DNA from: an uncultured Acidobacteriaceae bacterium
GTDB lineage: Bacteria > Acidobacteriota > Terriglobia > Terriglobales > Acidobacteriaceae
DNA length: 64,000 nucleotides
Assembly (NCBI GenBank): GCA_963847685.1
Contig: CAWKAU010000023.1
Span: 35,115-99,114 of the forward strand
Reading direction: 5' to 3'
Part shown: positions 38,476 through 48,006 of the stretch, piece after piece
Position numbering within the stretch: the first letter of the stretch is position 1
How the letters are laid out: every line of letters starts with the position of its first letter
Translations under genes and position numbers: made by a program
Notes under the pieces: model-generated
The model's input: only the letters and a program-made list of their open reading frames with translations
Told to the model about the DNA's origin: nothing
Databases searched by the model: none

Positions 38476-39477
38476 TTAGACGGCTGAAAGGCTGCGAGCC
38501 GGTACCAGCGCCGAAAACCTCTCGACTTCAGAGCGGCCGCCAATTACCAGCGGCGTTCTCTGATGGATGGCTTTGGGAACTATGTTCAAGATGGGCTCTT
38601 CGCCGCTGGTAGCGATTCCCCCCGCCTGCTCCGCGATCAGGGCAAGCGGGTTCGCCTCGTAAAGCAACCGTAGCTTGCCACTCGGATGACTCTCAGTAGG
38701 AGGGTATAGAAACACACCCCCTTTCAAGAGCGTTCGGTGGAAATCCGCGACCAGTGAGCCGATATAGCGCGAACTGTATGCTGCTCCCGGTCCGGGGTCG
38801 CGCAGTGCGTGAATGTAAGCCCGATAATGCTCGGGAAAGAGGTTGATGTTGGCTTCGTTGCATGAGTAGTATTGGCCCCTGGCCGGCATCTTCATCTGTT
38901 CATGGCTCAGGACAAAGGCTCCAATGGTTGGATCGAGGGTGAAGCCGAAGACTCCACGGCCAGCCGTGTAAACGAGGACGGTCGAGGGACCATAGAGGAC
39001 GTACCCCGCAGCAAGCTGCGAACTGCCGGGTTGCAAGACGGATTCGACGCCGCCGGAAGAATAGTCGCCCTTGCGCTTATAGATCGAAAAAATCGTGCCG
39101 ACATTCACGTTCACGTCAATATTGGACGATCCATCGAGGGGGTCAAAGACGATGACATATTTTCCAGTGTCCGGATCCCTGCCAAAAGTGACCGGCTCGT
39201 CGTTCTCTTCGGAAATCAGGGTCGCGACGGAATCGCGAACACCCAGACAGTGAAGCAGCGCCGCATTGGCAAAGACGTCGAGCTTCTGCTGTGTCTCGCC
39301 CTGTACGTTGGTTTGCCCCGCAGTCCCCAGGATGTTGCACAGGCCCGCGCAACGAATCTTCGCTTCAATCATCTTCGCCGCGAGCGTAATTCCCGAAAGA
39401 AGCCAGGAGAAATCTCCGGAGGCATACGGAACCTCACGCTGCTGTTGAAGTATGTGTTGCTGAAAGGTTGTGATCAT
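38476..39477 (-). CDS. fbp: class 1 fructose-1,6-bisphosphatase
   Basis: MITTFQQHILQQQ...SGDFSWLLSGITLAAKMI...ENDEPV...YVIVFDPLDGSSNIDVNVNVGTIFSIY...YEANPLALIAEQAGG matches FBPase class 1 signatures. Confidence 0.9.
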   Translation of the reverse strand: MITTFQQHILQQQREVPYASGDFSWLLSGITLAAKMIEAKIRCAGLCNILGTAGQTNVQGETQQKLDVFANAALLHCLGVRDSVATLISEENDEPVTFGRDPDTGKYVIVFDPLDGSSNIDVNVNVGTIFSIYKRKGDYSSGGVESVLQPGSSQLAAGYVLYGPSTVLVYTAGRGVFGFTLDPTIGAFVLSHEQMKMPARGQYYSCNEANINLFPEHYRAYIHALRDPGPGAAYSSRYIGSLVADFHRTLLKGGVFLYPPTESHPSGKLRLLYEANPLALIAEQAGGIATSGEEPILNIVPKAIHQRTPLVIGGRSEVERFSALVPARSLSAV

Positions 39478-39680
39478 CGACAAGGCTCTCCCCATGCTTA
39501 CTGACTCATAACCAAGGTACGGGGCTGATCCAACCAAGACAAATTCTTCTAGTCCGTTTCGGACGTGTCCTCTTCGGACCCGCCGTTCTTGTGGAAAACT
39601 TTGAAGGAACTATTGATTTTGCCGGTACGCGTTTTGTAAGCCGTGTCCTAATGACGACGGGGGGTTAGGACCGTGACAAC

Positions 39681-39711
39681 CCCATTCAAGCCAAAAGAAG
39701 GCTTGAATGGG
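39681..39711. repeat. perfect 12-bp-stem palindromic element (REP-like); half copy at 37499-37519
   Basis: cccattcaagcc-aaaagaa-ggcttgaatggg. The string ccattcaag[t]cttcttttgg at 37499-37519 matches one arm plus the loop at 20 of 21 positions. Confidence 0.5.
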
Positions 39712-39804
39712 CCACCACGGGTTGGTTCGAAAGTCCCAAAGTCTCAGTCCCCGGTGGCTCGTGCGGGGTTTCGGGAAATGGCTAAAAAGTGCGTGTTAAG
39801 CGTA

Positions 39805-40672
39805 TTAAGTTGGCTCCTCCCAGGATTCTTCGTCTTCCTCAGCATCTTCTTGCTCCGGCTTTGTGTATTCGCAATCGACGGCGGACCAAAGGGTTGTGGG
39901 GCGGCCGCGGCCGTTCACGTAATGCGAAGTGACGAGTTGGAGAGACCTGAGCTTTTCGAGGGCCCGGTCGATCGAGGCTCTACCGACGTGACCCCGGAAG
40001 ACATTCCAGAGGCGAGCTCCTCGGCGAGCACGCGCAGGCGGCGATCACCTGCCTGCTGGCCCATTATGCCGATGAGGCCGCGCGCGGTGAGACGCGCGGT
40101 GGTGGCACGATTTTCTGTCCAAGTGCTATCCACTTCGGCGAAGAGGCGGGCGATCTGGTTCCAACTGGTTCCCTTGCGCGCCTTGCTGGATTCTCCGACG
40201 AGCACAACGAAGAGGTTCAGGGTGTGCCGGGTCGCGCCGACCATGCAGTGTGGGCCGGGGTCAATGATGTTGCCAAAGGCGGCGAGCAGTTGCAGGAGAA
40301 TGGCCTCGGGCTGCGCCTCGGTGTGCGGGGCCAGGGCGCGCACGGCTTCTCCGGCGAGACCACAGAGGGCGTACTTGTCGATATACGGGGTCCCCAGGGC
40401 AGGGCAGGGCGGGGCGGGCTAGCGGACTGGGGCGCGGCCTCCTGTTGCTGGTGGGTAGGCTGTAGCGGAGCAGGGAGTGGGAGTGAGGCCGGGTCGGTCA
40501 ACGCTGTGATTGGCGATGCAGCCGGGTCCGGGTCAGCCGGACTGGTTGCGGGCGGGGAAGGGAGGTCTATATGGGTATGCAGGTCTTCCCATTGCTGTTC
40601 TCTCTCTGCGAGGGTAGGCGGACTGGGCCGGGTTATGCCCATCCTCAGGTTTTTTATCGGCATTTGCCACAC
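39805..40672 (-). pseudogene. decayed DUF3987-like (mobile-element primase/helicase-associated) gene
   Basis: The minus strand reads ...YIDKYALCGLAGEAVRALAPHTEAQPEAILLQLLAAFGNIIDPGPHCMVGATRHTLNLFVVLVGESSKARKGTSWNQIARLFAEVD, the conserved DUF3987 core. A Pro-rich N-terminal part lies in another frame (ORF 40217-40672). A C-terminal tail, SIDRALEKLRSLQLVTSHYVNGRGRPTTLWSAV...*, lies in a third frame with its stop at 39805-39807. The middle of the protein is missing. Confidence 0.6.
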
Positions 40673-41390
40673 TTACGGTGCCAGTCTCGGATGTATGTCT
40701 TCCATCGAAGACGAGCGGTTCCATGGCGGTACGACCCGCCAGGGTGCCTTGCATGCATCGTGGCCCTGCGTCCGGGTGCGCTCCACGAGATGGGGTCTCT
40801 GGGCGCTCCAGTACCTTTGGGCTGGATGCACGACGGCGCTTTGCCCTTGAGACAGTTTCTTCAAGCGCAAGCGAGCATATCTATATAGATTCGATTTGCA
40901 AGGAGAAAGATCAGGCCTGGTGAAATAAAAACGACGCCGGGAATGAGCGGGGACGTATGCAAGTTAGTTCTGCCGGTTTGCAGGATGTGTCAAGCCTGTT
41001 TTGGCCAGGGCCCAGCGGGCATGTACAAAAGCGACGGTCCCACCCGCAGATTGTTTAGATCGCAGCCAAGGCGAACTTTCGTTCTACTCGTGGCCGTCTC
41101 TACCTTCCGAAGTACCGGTTCCGTCCGTTTGAAACCCCTTTCCACGAAACCCCAAGTCATTTCAATGCCTGGCTATTTTCCGTCAACTGAGTCAGTAGCG
41201 TTCGGCTTGTCTGCTCCACCGACCGGCAACCTCGTATACGAGAGCTCCTCCGCGGAATCCTGGCCTTGGGAGATTGCATTAGCGATGAAATCTCTAAATG
41301 CCCGTTGCTCTCCAATGGTGCGGTCGTCTCGGGGGATCGAGGAGCATGAAGCGCTACCGCCCGCCTGCCACGTCCCATGCCGAACCGGGT

Positions 41391-42518
41391 TCAAGTCACG
41401 TTTTTGATCGGCGTTTGGCCTGGGAGGCTGATTTCCTGCAGAAAATAGCGCCGGCGAAGCCAGAACGCTACATTAACCAGGCCGATCAGCGCCGGAACCT
41501 CGATGAGTGGACCAATTACCCCCACAAACGCCTCGCCTGAATTCAAACCAAAGACCGCCACCGACACGGCAATGGCCAACTCAAAGTTGTTCCCTGCCGC
41601 CGTGAAAGCGAGCGTCGCCGTCTGTGAATAGTCAGCACCCAGCCTGCGGCCCATCCAGAAGCTGACCAGGAACATAACTACGAAATAGATCAGCAGCGGC
41701 AAGGCGATCCGCAGCACGTCAAAAGGAAGTCTCACGATCAGATCGCCCTTGAGACTGAACATGACCAGGATCGTGAAGAGCAGAGCGAAGAGCGTAAAAG
41801 GACTGATCCGCGGAATAAACCGTGTTCGATACCACTCTTCTCCTTTGACGCGGACAAGCCCAAACCGAGTCAGCATTCCGGCAAGAAATGGGATTCCAAG
41901 ATAGATAAAGACGCTCTGTGCAATTTGACCGATGCCCACGTTCACCACCGTCCCCCTCAATCCGAACCAGGTAGGGAGAATTGTGATAAACACCCAGGCG
42001 TAAAGGCTGTAGAACACAACCTGGAAGACGCTATTGAGCGCCACCAATCCAGCAACGTAGTCTGTGTCGCCGCCCGCGAGCTCATTCCAGACCAGCACCA
42101 TGGCGATACAGCGAGCGATGCCGATGAGGATCAGGCCGCGCATATAGGCCGGCTGCCCGCGTAGGAAGAGGATGGCAAGAAAAAACATCAGCGTTGGGCC
42201 GATCAGCCAGTTCTGGACCAACGATAAGCCGAGGACGCTCCGATTGCGAAAGACCTCGCCTAGCTTCTCGTAACGCACCTTGGCCAAAGGCGGATACATC
42301 ATGATGATGAGCCCGATCCCGATCGGGATATTGGTCGTGCCCACCTGGAAGCTGTTTACAAAAGCAGACGACGAGGGAACAAAATGCCCGATCGCCACCC
42401 CAATCGCCATCGCTAGAAAAATCCAGAGGGTGAGAAATCGGTCTAAAAAGGACAGCTTCTTGCGCGGCTGCGGTGCGCACACCTGGCCCTGCGGGCAGGG
42501 AATGCCGGACATGATCAC
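41391..42518 (-). CDS. acr3: ACR3 family arsenite efflux transporter
   Basis: [25 protein letters not shown]...[29 protein letters not shown]...LVQNWLIGP is the typical ACR3 N-terminus. It is a polytopic membrane protein. Confidence 0.9.
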   Translation of the reverse strand: MIMSGIPCPQGQVCAPQPRKKLSFLDRFLTLWIFLAMAIGVAIGHFVPSSSAFVNSFQVGTTNIPIGIGLIIMMYPPLAKVRYEKLGEVFRNRSVLGLSLVQNWLIGPTLMFFLAILFLRGQPAYMRGLILIGIARCIAMVLVWNELAGGDTDYVAGLVALNSVFQVVFYSLYAWVFITILPTWFGLRGTVVNVGIGQIAQSVFIYLGIPFLAGMLTRFGLVRVKGEEWYRTRFIPRISPFTLFALLFTILVMFSLKGDLIVRLPFDVLRIALPLLIYFVVMFLVSFWMGRRLGADYSQTATLAFTAAGNNFELAIAVSVAVFGLNSGEAFVGVIGPLIEVPALIGLVNVAFWLRRRYFLQEISLPGQTPIKNVT

Positions 42519-42934
42519 CTCGATGCAAAAGCAGCGACTGGGTCGATTAAGGTGGGCAGAGGCGCGCCTTGCAGGGTGGCAAACTTTGCCGGATTACAAC
42601 ATGCCTTCGACAGCCGGGCGCGATCAGCTTGCATGGCGCGTTCATCTCTGAGCCACGCAAGAGTCTGCTGAAGAACCTGTGCGGCTCCTATATTTGGAGG
42701 CATCACGATCCTATAGTGCATCCACTTTCCCTCCCGGCGAGCAGCTACAATCCCAGCACTACGCAGGTAGGCCAGGTGCCGGGAAATTTTGGGCTGCGGT
42801 TGATCCAGAATCTCAACGAAATAACAGACGCAGAGCTCCTGATCTCCCATGAGGTTCAGGAGACGCAGCCGGGTATTGTCGCCGAGAGCCTGAAAGAAAC
42901 GCTCAATCTTGAAACTCCTGTCCTTTGCTGTCAT
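42515..42934 (-). CDS. arsR: ArsR family metalloregulator
   Basis: [51 protein letters not shown] shows the ELCVC metal site and a wHTH. Its stop overlaps the acr3 start. The ATG at 42934 was chosen over the ORF-track start at 43378. Confidence 0.9.
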   Translation of the reverse strand: MTAKDRSFKIERFFQALGDNTRLRLLNLMGDQELCVCYFVEILDQPQPKISRHLAYLRSAGIVAARREGKWMHYRIVMPPNIGAAQVLQQTLAWLRDERAMQADRARLSKACCNPAKFATLQGAPLPTLIDPVAAFASR

Positions 42935-42953
42935 GGAAATTATTATATATGTA

Positions 42954-42982
42954 TTGACGAATGTGTCTAGCTGCAATATAGT
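42954..42982 (+). promoter_or_regulatory. sigma70-like promoter candidate for arsM in the arsR/arsM divergent region
   Basis: TTGACG (42954-42959), a 17-nt spacer, then TATAGT (42977-42982). An RBS gggaggg lies at 43001-43007 and the ATG at 43013. The intergenic DNA is AT-rich. Confidence 0.4.
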
Positions 42983-43012
42983 CGCCTTAGCGTATATATC
43001 GGGAGGGATTGA

Positions 43013-43930
43013 ATGACAGAACAATTGCTTGCATCGGTGCAGTCTAAGTACGCAGCCGTTGCCAACAGTGCGCTCTCGAATAAGGATGCGGGCGTCAAAG
43101 CGGTAGCGCAGGCCTTTGGGTACAGCCCAGAAGAACTCTCTTCCATTCCCGCCGAAGCGAACATGGGGCTTTCTTGCGGGAATCCTACGGCGATTGCTTC
43201 GATTCGGCCCGGCGAGGTGATTGTCGATCTCGGCTCTGGTGGCGGCCTGGACGTATTCCTGGCGTCTCAATTGGTGGGTCCCAAGGGCCGCGCCATTGGT
43301 ATTGACATGACTCTTGCCATGATCGAACGCGCACAGGCAAACGCGCGGGCGGGTGGTTATCGGAACGTGGAGTTCCATCTGGCCACGATCGACAAGATCC
43401 CTCTTGCAAACGCATCGGTCGACTGCGTTATCAGCAACTGCGTCATCAACCTTGCTCCCGACAAGCCGGCTGTCTTCCGGGAGATTGCCCGAATTTTGAA
43501 ACCGGGCGGACGCCTGGCAGTAAGCGACATCGCGCTCAAAGGCGAGTTACCACCGGCAGTCGCACAAAGCCTGGCCGCCTACGTCGGGTGTATCGCCGGA
43601 GCGATCCACATAGACGCCTATCGCGAGGGCTTGCTCGCGGCCGGCTTTGAACACGTGGAGATCGTTGACAGCGGAGCCGACCTCAATGCCTATGCCAAAG
43701 TAGAAAACCAGGCTGCGTGCTGCTCACCATCCATGGATACGTCGAAAGGCCTGCCGGTTCTTGCCGAGGCCTGCTGCTCTACGGAGAAGCCCGCAAGCCT
43801 CCATCACGACCTGGCAACTCTTCTGTCGGAGTACGACGTCAATGCTGCGGCGGCTAGTGTGAAGGTCTACGCTATCAAGCCGGCAGCTGCGGTGGCTAAG
43901 GACTGTTGTGGGCCAAACTGCTGCGCGTGA
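43013..43930 (+). CDS. arsM: arsenite S-adenosylmethionine methyltransferase
   Basis: YAAVA...[49 protein letters not shown]...[16 protein letters not shown]...[12 protein letters not shown]...VGCIAGA is the ArsM-type SAM methyltransferase pattern with conserved Cys residues. Confidence 0.85.
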   Translation: MTEQLLASVQSKYAAVANSALSNKDAGVKAVAQAFGYSPEELSSIPAEANMGLSCGNPTAIASIRPGEVIVDLGSGGGLDVFLASQLVGPKGRAIGIDMTLAMIERAQANARAGGYRNVEFHLATIDKIPLANASVDCVISNCVINLAPDKPAVFREIARILKPGGRLAVSDIALKGELPPAVAQSLAAYVGCIAGAIHIDAYREGLLAAGFEHVEIVDSGADLNAYAKVENQAACCSPSMDTSKGLPVLAEACCSTEKPASLHHDLATLLSEYDVNAAAASVKVYAIKPAAAVAKDCCGPNCCA

Positions 43931-43939
43931 GCCACGCAA

Positions 43940-44458
43940 ATGAAGGCAAGGAATAGGAAAGCGGCTATGCAGTCACACTACAACGTACTGTTCCTCTGTA
44001 CCGGCAACTCAGCGCGTTCCATCATGGCCGAGGCGATCATGAATCGCAAGGGTTGCCCCCACTTTACCGCCTATAGCGCGGGGAGCCACCCAAGCGGATT
44101 TGTACGGCCTGAAGCGATTAAACAGCTTCAGACCGCCCGCTTGCCCATAGACGGGCTGCGCAGCAAATCATGGGATGAGTTTTCACAGCCTGGCTCACCC
44201 CCTCTCAATTTCGTGTTTACCGTCTGCGACAGCGCCGCGAAAGAGGTATGCCCACTTTGGCCCGGCCAGCCGATGACGGCTCACTGGGGGATACCTGATC
44301 CTGCCGCGGTCAAAGGAACGCCAGAACAGATCGAACGGGCGTTCAGAGATGCCTTCGCCTCCCTGGACAGGCGGATCAGTTTATTTCTCGCCCTGCCGCT
44401 CGCAACCCTCGACACATTCGCCCTACAGCGGCAAATCGATGAAATAGGACATCGGTAG
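43940..44458 (+). CDS. arsC: arsenate reductase, LMW-PTP (thioredoxin-coupled) type
   Basis: The CX5R P-loop is VLFLCTGNSARSIMAEAI, followed by ...FVFTVCDSAAKEVCPLWPG...HWGIPDP. An alternative start is at 43967 (MQSHYNV). Confidence 0.85.
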   Translation: MKARNRKAAMQSHYNVLFLCTGNSARSIMAEAIMNRKGCPHFTAYSAGSHPSGFVRPEAIKQLQTARLPIDGLRSKSWDEFSQPGSPPLNFVFTVCDSAAKEVCPLWPGQPMTAHWGIPDPAAVKGTPEQIERAFRDAFASLDRRISLFLALPLATLDTFALQRQIDEIGHR

Positions 44459-44528
44459 CTGCCACGAGGTCCCACAAGGCAGGCAGAGTACAGAGTTTCA
44501 AATCTGTACCTCGGAGATTGAGACACCA

Positions 44529-44639
44529 ATGAGATTCCTCATAGTGGGCGGGGGCGACGCGGGCATCAGCGCAGCCGCGGCCCTCGGTTGGGAGACCGCG
44601 ATAGGTTCAAAAAAGATGGAGTCATCGTGCAAAAGATAA
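44529..44639 (+). pseudogene. 36-codon remnant of an FAD/NAD(P)-binding oxidoreductase N-terminus
   Basis: MRFLIVGGGDAGISAAAALG is a GxGxxG dinucleotide-binding start. It then runs into unrelated sequence and stops at 44637-44639. It overlaps the start region of the next arsC-like gene. Confidence 0.4.
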
Positions 44640-45046
44640 TCTTCGCTTGCGTACACAACGCTGGACGCTCACAGATGTCGGCGGCTTTGTTTAACCACTT
44701 TGCGGATCCTAATCGTGTGCGAGCAATTTCCGCCGGAACCCAGCCTGCTGAACACGTTCACCCCGTCGTTGTGGAAGCGATGCTCGAAGTAGGAATTGAC
44801 CTCCGAAATGCTAAACCGCAAAAGCTCACTCAGGAGCTCGCACAAGATGCGGAGATGCTCATCACAATGGGCTGCGGCGACGACTGTCCATATATTCCAG
44901 GCCTGCGCCGCGATGACTGGCCATTGCCAGATCCCAAAGATCAAGACATTGATACCGTCCGACGGACCCGCGAAGAAATCAGGGAACGCGTCCTGGGATT
45001 GGTTGCGCGGGAGCACTTCAGCACGGATGCGACGGAAACAACCTAG
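44627..45046 (+). CDS. second LMW-PTP family arsenate reductase-like protein
   Basis: The CX5R loop is IIFACVHNAGRSQMSAALF, followed by ...ITMGCGDDCPYIPG...DWPLPDP. A GTG at 44627 with GGAG 7 nt upstream is the likely start. The ORF track starts at 44588. Confidence 0.8.
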   Translation: MQKIIFACVHNAGRSQMSAALFNHFADPNRVRAISAGTQPAEHVHPVVVEAMLEVGIDLRNAKPQKLTQELAQDAEMLITMGCGDDCPYIPGLRRDDWPLPDPKDQDIDTVRRTREEIRERVLGLVAREHFSTDATETT

Positions 45047-45248
45047 CCGCTGCTTCCTCGTGTCCACGCCATGAGGCTTACCGGCGGGAGCCGTTGCTCG
45101 CCAGGCCGGGCGCCATTACCCATATCCCGTGTGGTTACCTCCGCCTTGCCAGCGAGGTCAAGATGACTCTGAAAAACGACCCGTGAGGTGGTCAACGGCA
45201 CCTTTCACATCCAATCACACGCCCTCCAGGTAAGGGAATCAAGTTCTT

Positions 45249-45596
45249 TCAGAAAAGATCAACAACGGGCGGAAATGTCAGCAACAGGCTAAGACCGAGC
45301 AGCGCAAAAGCAATAGCAGTGATACGGCCCACGGTGACTGTCCTGTCCCGCCAGCGCCATTCCAAGATCCCCCAGGTGATAAGCCAGATAAGAATGGCAA
45401 CCGTGGTTACGCCGGAGAGCGGCCCCGTTGGATTATAGAAAATGAGCAAGTTCTTCAAGGCTGCCGATTTGTCTCCGGCACAGGCCAGGACCGCCAACGC
45501 AAAAGAGCCAATAGAGGCCGCAAGAATGGCAGCAGCGCCGGAACCGTTTGTCAGGGCTGCGGCGTTGGGTGAGATGGTGCCGGTTGGCATGTTCAT
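45249..45596 (-). CDS. small integral membrane protein (3 predicted TM), unknown function
   Basis: Three hydrophobic helices. Its start overlaps the stop of the upstream gene (ATGA at 45593-45596). Confidence 0.6.
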   Translation of the reverse strand: MNMPTGTISPNAAALTNGSGAAAILAASIGSFALAVLACAGDKSAALKNLLIFYNPTGPLSGVTTVAILIWLITWGILEWRWRDRTVTVGRITAIAFALLGLSLLLTFPPVVDLF

Positions 45597-46165
45597 TTTT
45601 CTAATCCCCTGCTCAAGTGAATCGTGTGACCGCCCTGGAGCGGCGCGTACTTGTCAATCATCGCGCCGAAGAAGCCGGCGATCCCCGCCACAACAAAGGA
45701 AGTCACAGCAAAACAGAGCACCGCGGTGCGTAGCTGCCGATGGTGCATGAAGTCACGGCCATACCTGATGAAGAGTACCGCGACCATGGTGATCGAGATG
45801 GGAGCGAACCAGGCGACGTGCTCCTTCCATTCCATCCCAAGGGAGTGCCAGCCGATCGTTGCGGGGCTGGACATCAGGAGACATTGCGGAAACATCGCAA
45901 GGTCAGTCGTCCCCGGCGGAGGCACTGCGCGATACCACGGGTAGAGGATATAGGCCCCGGTCAGCACAGCGGCCCATGCGAGGACAACCATCGTAAGGAG
46001 GTAAACTCTCAAGAAACGCTCTTGCCCGAGAGTGGATTCGGCCGGAGAGGACGAGGTGGTGAAGCGATACAACTCTACGAGAGCACCGGAACACGCCAGG
46101 AGGTAGAGCGCGCCGAATCCTAAGCCGTGTATTAGAGTCCAAAAAGCGCGAGCCGTAATTTCCAT
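45593..46165 (-). CDS. integral membrane protein (about 4 TM, several conserved-looking His/Trp), unknown function
   Basis: Four long hydrophobic segments with coding-like composition. No family recognised. Confidence 0.6.
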   Translation of the reverse strand: MEITARAFWTLIHGLGFGALYLLACSGALVELYRFTTSSSPAESTLGQERFLRVYLLTMVVLAWAAVLTGAYILYPWYRAVPPPGTTDLAMFPQCLLMSSPATIGWHSLGMEWKEHVAWFAPISITMVAVLFIRYGRDFMHHRQLRTAVLCFAVTSFVVAGIAGFFGAMIDKYAPLQGGHTIHLSRGLEK

Positions 46166-46216
46166 CTATCGTGTCCTCCGCTATGAGCGGCTTCAACGCG
46201 GGCCGCGCTCCGCAGG

Positions 46217-47101
46217 TTATCGAAATCCGTTACCCCGCATCGGCCCCTGCATCCATTTGTTCGGCGCTGTGTCCTTTTTGTCGTCGTCTTTTCCCTTGTC
46301 GTCTTTACCTCCCCAGGTCCAATACATGCCTGCGTAGGCATAGTTCTCGGTCTGGCCGGCGATTGAATGGCCATAGCAGAACAAGAACTGTTCATTGGGA
46401 TTGTGCTTGAAGTGGTAATAGCCGCCGACGTCGATCATTGCTGAGCGCCCGGTTTGGGCCGCTGCAAACCCTTCGCGCCCGTGCGCAAATAACTCCGCGC
46501 CCAGTTCAAGCCTCTCGTTCAGCTCCCGCTTCACCAGCCATCCGGTATACGGAAAGTCTCGATAGTTGGCTTGCGGGACGACCTGATAGCCGCCTCCTCC
46601 ATCAATGAGCCATTTACCGTAGTTCTTCTGTAGCCAGATGGGGAGCTTGTACCAGACCTTTCCCACGCCGAGTCCCTTGTCATAGTTTCCAGTGGGCATT
46701 TCAAACATGGTAAAAGTTCCGATTTGTGGAATGTGTTTCATCTCCTTGATGATGGCGAGTTTCACTCCCAGTTCCGAGTCGGTAAGACCGAACCCGCTCG
46801 GACCCGTTCCACCGGGCAGGTAAACGGGATTGTTCGACGGAAAGGCCCCTCCCCAAGGCAAGATGGCGTGCAGTTGCACTCTGGGAATGGCACCCCAGTT
46901 GAACTCGAAGGCAGGTCCGGTCGAGTCGATCTCCGCCGGTGTGCCATCGACACCGCCGAAGATATAGAACTCGTAATGATGCAGGTCCACCGGTACTGGA
47001 TCATCGGTTTGGTACGGAGGCCCTTGTGCCCACAAGCGGGAACCAGTCAGCATGACAAGCAGGAACAGTATCGGTCTTGAGCAATGATGACGGCGACTCA
47101 T
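46217..47101 (-). CDS. outer-membrane beta-barrel protein (MetA-pathway/phenol-degradation-like transporter family)
   Basis: It has a signal peptide. YQTDDPVPVDLHHYEFYIF is the typical N-terminal motif of this family, and alternating amphipathic strands follow. It ends in a Lys/Asp-rich C-terminal tail. Confidence 0.7.
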   Translation of the reverse strand: MSRRHHCSRPILFLLVMLTGSRLWAQGPPYQTDDPVPVDLHHYEFYIFGGVDGTPAEIDSTGPAFEFNWGAIPRVQLHAILPWGGAFPSNNPVYLPGGTGPSGFGLTDSELGVKLAIIKEMKHIPQIGTFTMFEMPTGNYDKGLGVGKVWYKLPIWLQKNYGKWLIDGGGGYQVVPQANYRDFPYTGWLVKRELNERLELGAELFAHGREGFAAAQTGRSAMIDVGGYYHFKHNPNEQFLFCYGHSIAGQTENYAYAGMYWTWGGKDDKGKDDDKKDTAPNKWMQGPMRGNGFR

Positions 47102-47201
47102 CGGTGCTTCTGCCTTCCGACCACGAATTCGGATGTTCTGCTATCGAACTTCGATATTACACTATCGGGATTCGATTGTAGTTAAATGCAGGTATATTTG
47201 A

Positions 47202-47558
47202 TTGGTGTCCAATCACCAGCGAGAACTCTTATTCGGCCTCATCCGGATTCATGTCCTGGTACATGCGTCCCATGAGCCCATCTTTGGGCTTGCAATGATG
47301 GAGGAACTGGCCCATCACGGGTATCGCATCGGGCCGGGAACTCTCTACCCCCTTCTCCATGGCCTGGAACGGAGCGGCCTATTGAAGTCTGTTCTCAAGA
47401 ATGTAGGAGGCCACAGTCGCCGGGTCTACAAGATCACGTCTACCGGAAAGAAGGCTTTGGACAGGGCAAGAGCGAAGGTCGATGAATTGCACCACGAGCT
47501 CCATGAAGAACATCCCCGGAAGATCTCACCGCTCAACGGCGACCCTGCGACGAACTAG
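47202..47558 (+). CDS. PadR family transcriptional regulator
   Basis: IRIHVLVHASHEPIFGLAMMEELAHHGYRIGPGTLYPLLHGLERSGLLKS...RRVYKITSTGKKAL. The start codon is TTG. Confidence 0.8.
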   Translation: MVSNHQRELLFGLIRIHVLVHASHEPIFGLAMMEELAHHGYRIGPGTLYPLLHGLERSGLLKSVLKNVGGHSRRVYKITSTGKKALDRARAKVDELHHELHEEHPRKISPLNGDPATN

Positions 47559-47632
47559 CGGATCAGGGTTTCGGGGGCAGGCTGGTGTGGGCCCTTCTGT
47601 TTTCCGGTTGGCGCCGAGGGGCCGACTAACGG

Positions 47633-47959
47633 CTATGGCATTGATAGAAATCGCACGATTTCGTGCATGATTCGAGATTTCTGGTCGGTTTGAAAGAGAA
47701 ACTGAGCATGCGCAGAGCCATCCAGGACTATTAGTTCCTTCGGCTGAGGAGCTTTTTCGTATTGTGCGCGGATACCGGGTAGCCTTGGACCACTGTCATT
47801 GCGGTCCTCACGCGCGACGATGAACAAGGACCGTGACTTCAAATTTTCCGCAGACTGGTTCGGCGCCCGGCCGAGAAATACAATCCGATCAATTTCACCC
47901 GGGGCCGACTCAATCGATGCGTCGCCCGCTGCCGATCTGCCCGAGTCCGTTCTTGACAT
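47633..47959 (-). pseudogene. C-terminal fragment of an alpha/beta (dienelactone-type) hydrolase
   Basis: It contains the acid and His region (LFIVAREDRND...LIVLDGSAHAQFLF) but no GxSxG nucleophile segment. Only about 45 nt remain before the divergent blaI start. Confidence 0.4.
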
Positions 47960-48006
47960 CCCTACAACACGTGTTATAGAAAATACAACACGTGTTGGAG
48001 GGTTAT

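Noticed and set aside
39673-40850. Plus-strand ORFs 39673-40422 (249 aa) and 40224-40850 (208 aa) in the gene-poor gap.
   Set aside because: They are antisense to the DUF3987-like remnant, which has clear family similarity. Their composition is Arg/Ala/Gly-biased and I see no motifs.
40943-41407. ORF 40943-41407 (+) and minus-strand ORFs 41157-41394 as possible integrase or transposase remnants.
   Set aside because: I translated all frames and found no integrase (R..HxxR..Y) or transposase (DDE) signature. The region is left as unassigned decayed DNA.
44470-44525. tRNA-like 3' fragment (…gtacagagtttcaaatctgtacctcgg…) as a possible att-site remnant after arsC.
   Set aside because: The putative T-loop is 8 nt rather than the canonical 7-nt TTCRANY. 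No acceptor or CCA context fits. It is more likely a simple 7-bp hairpin.
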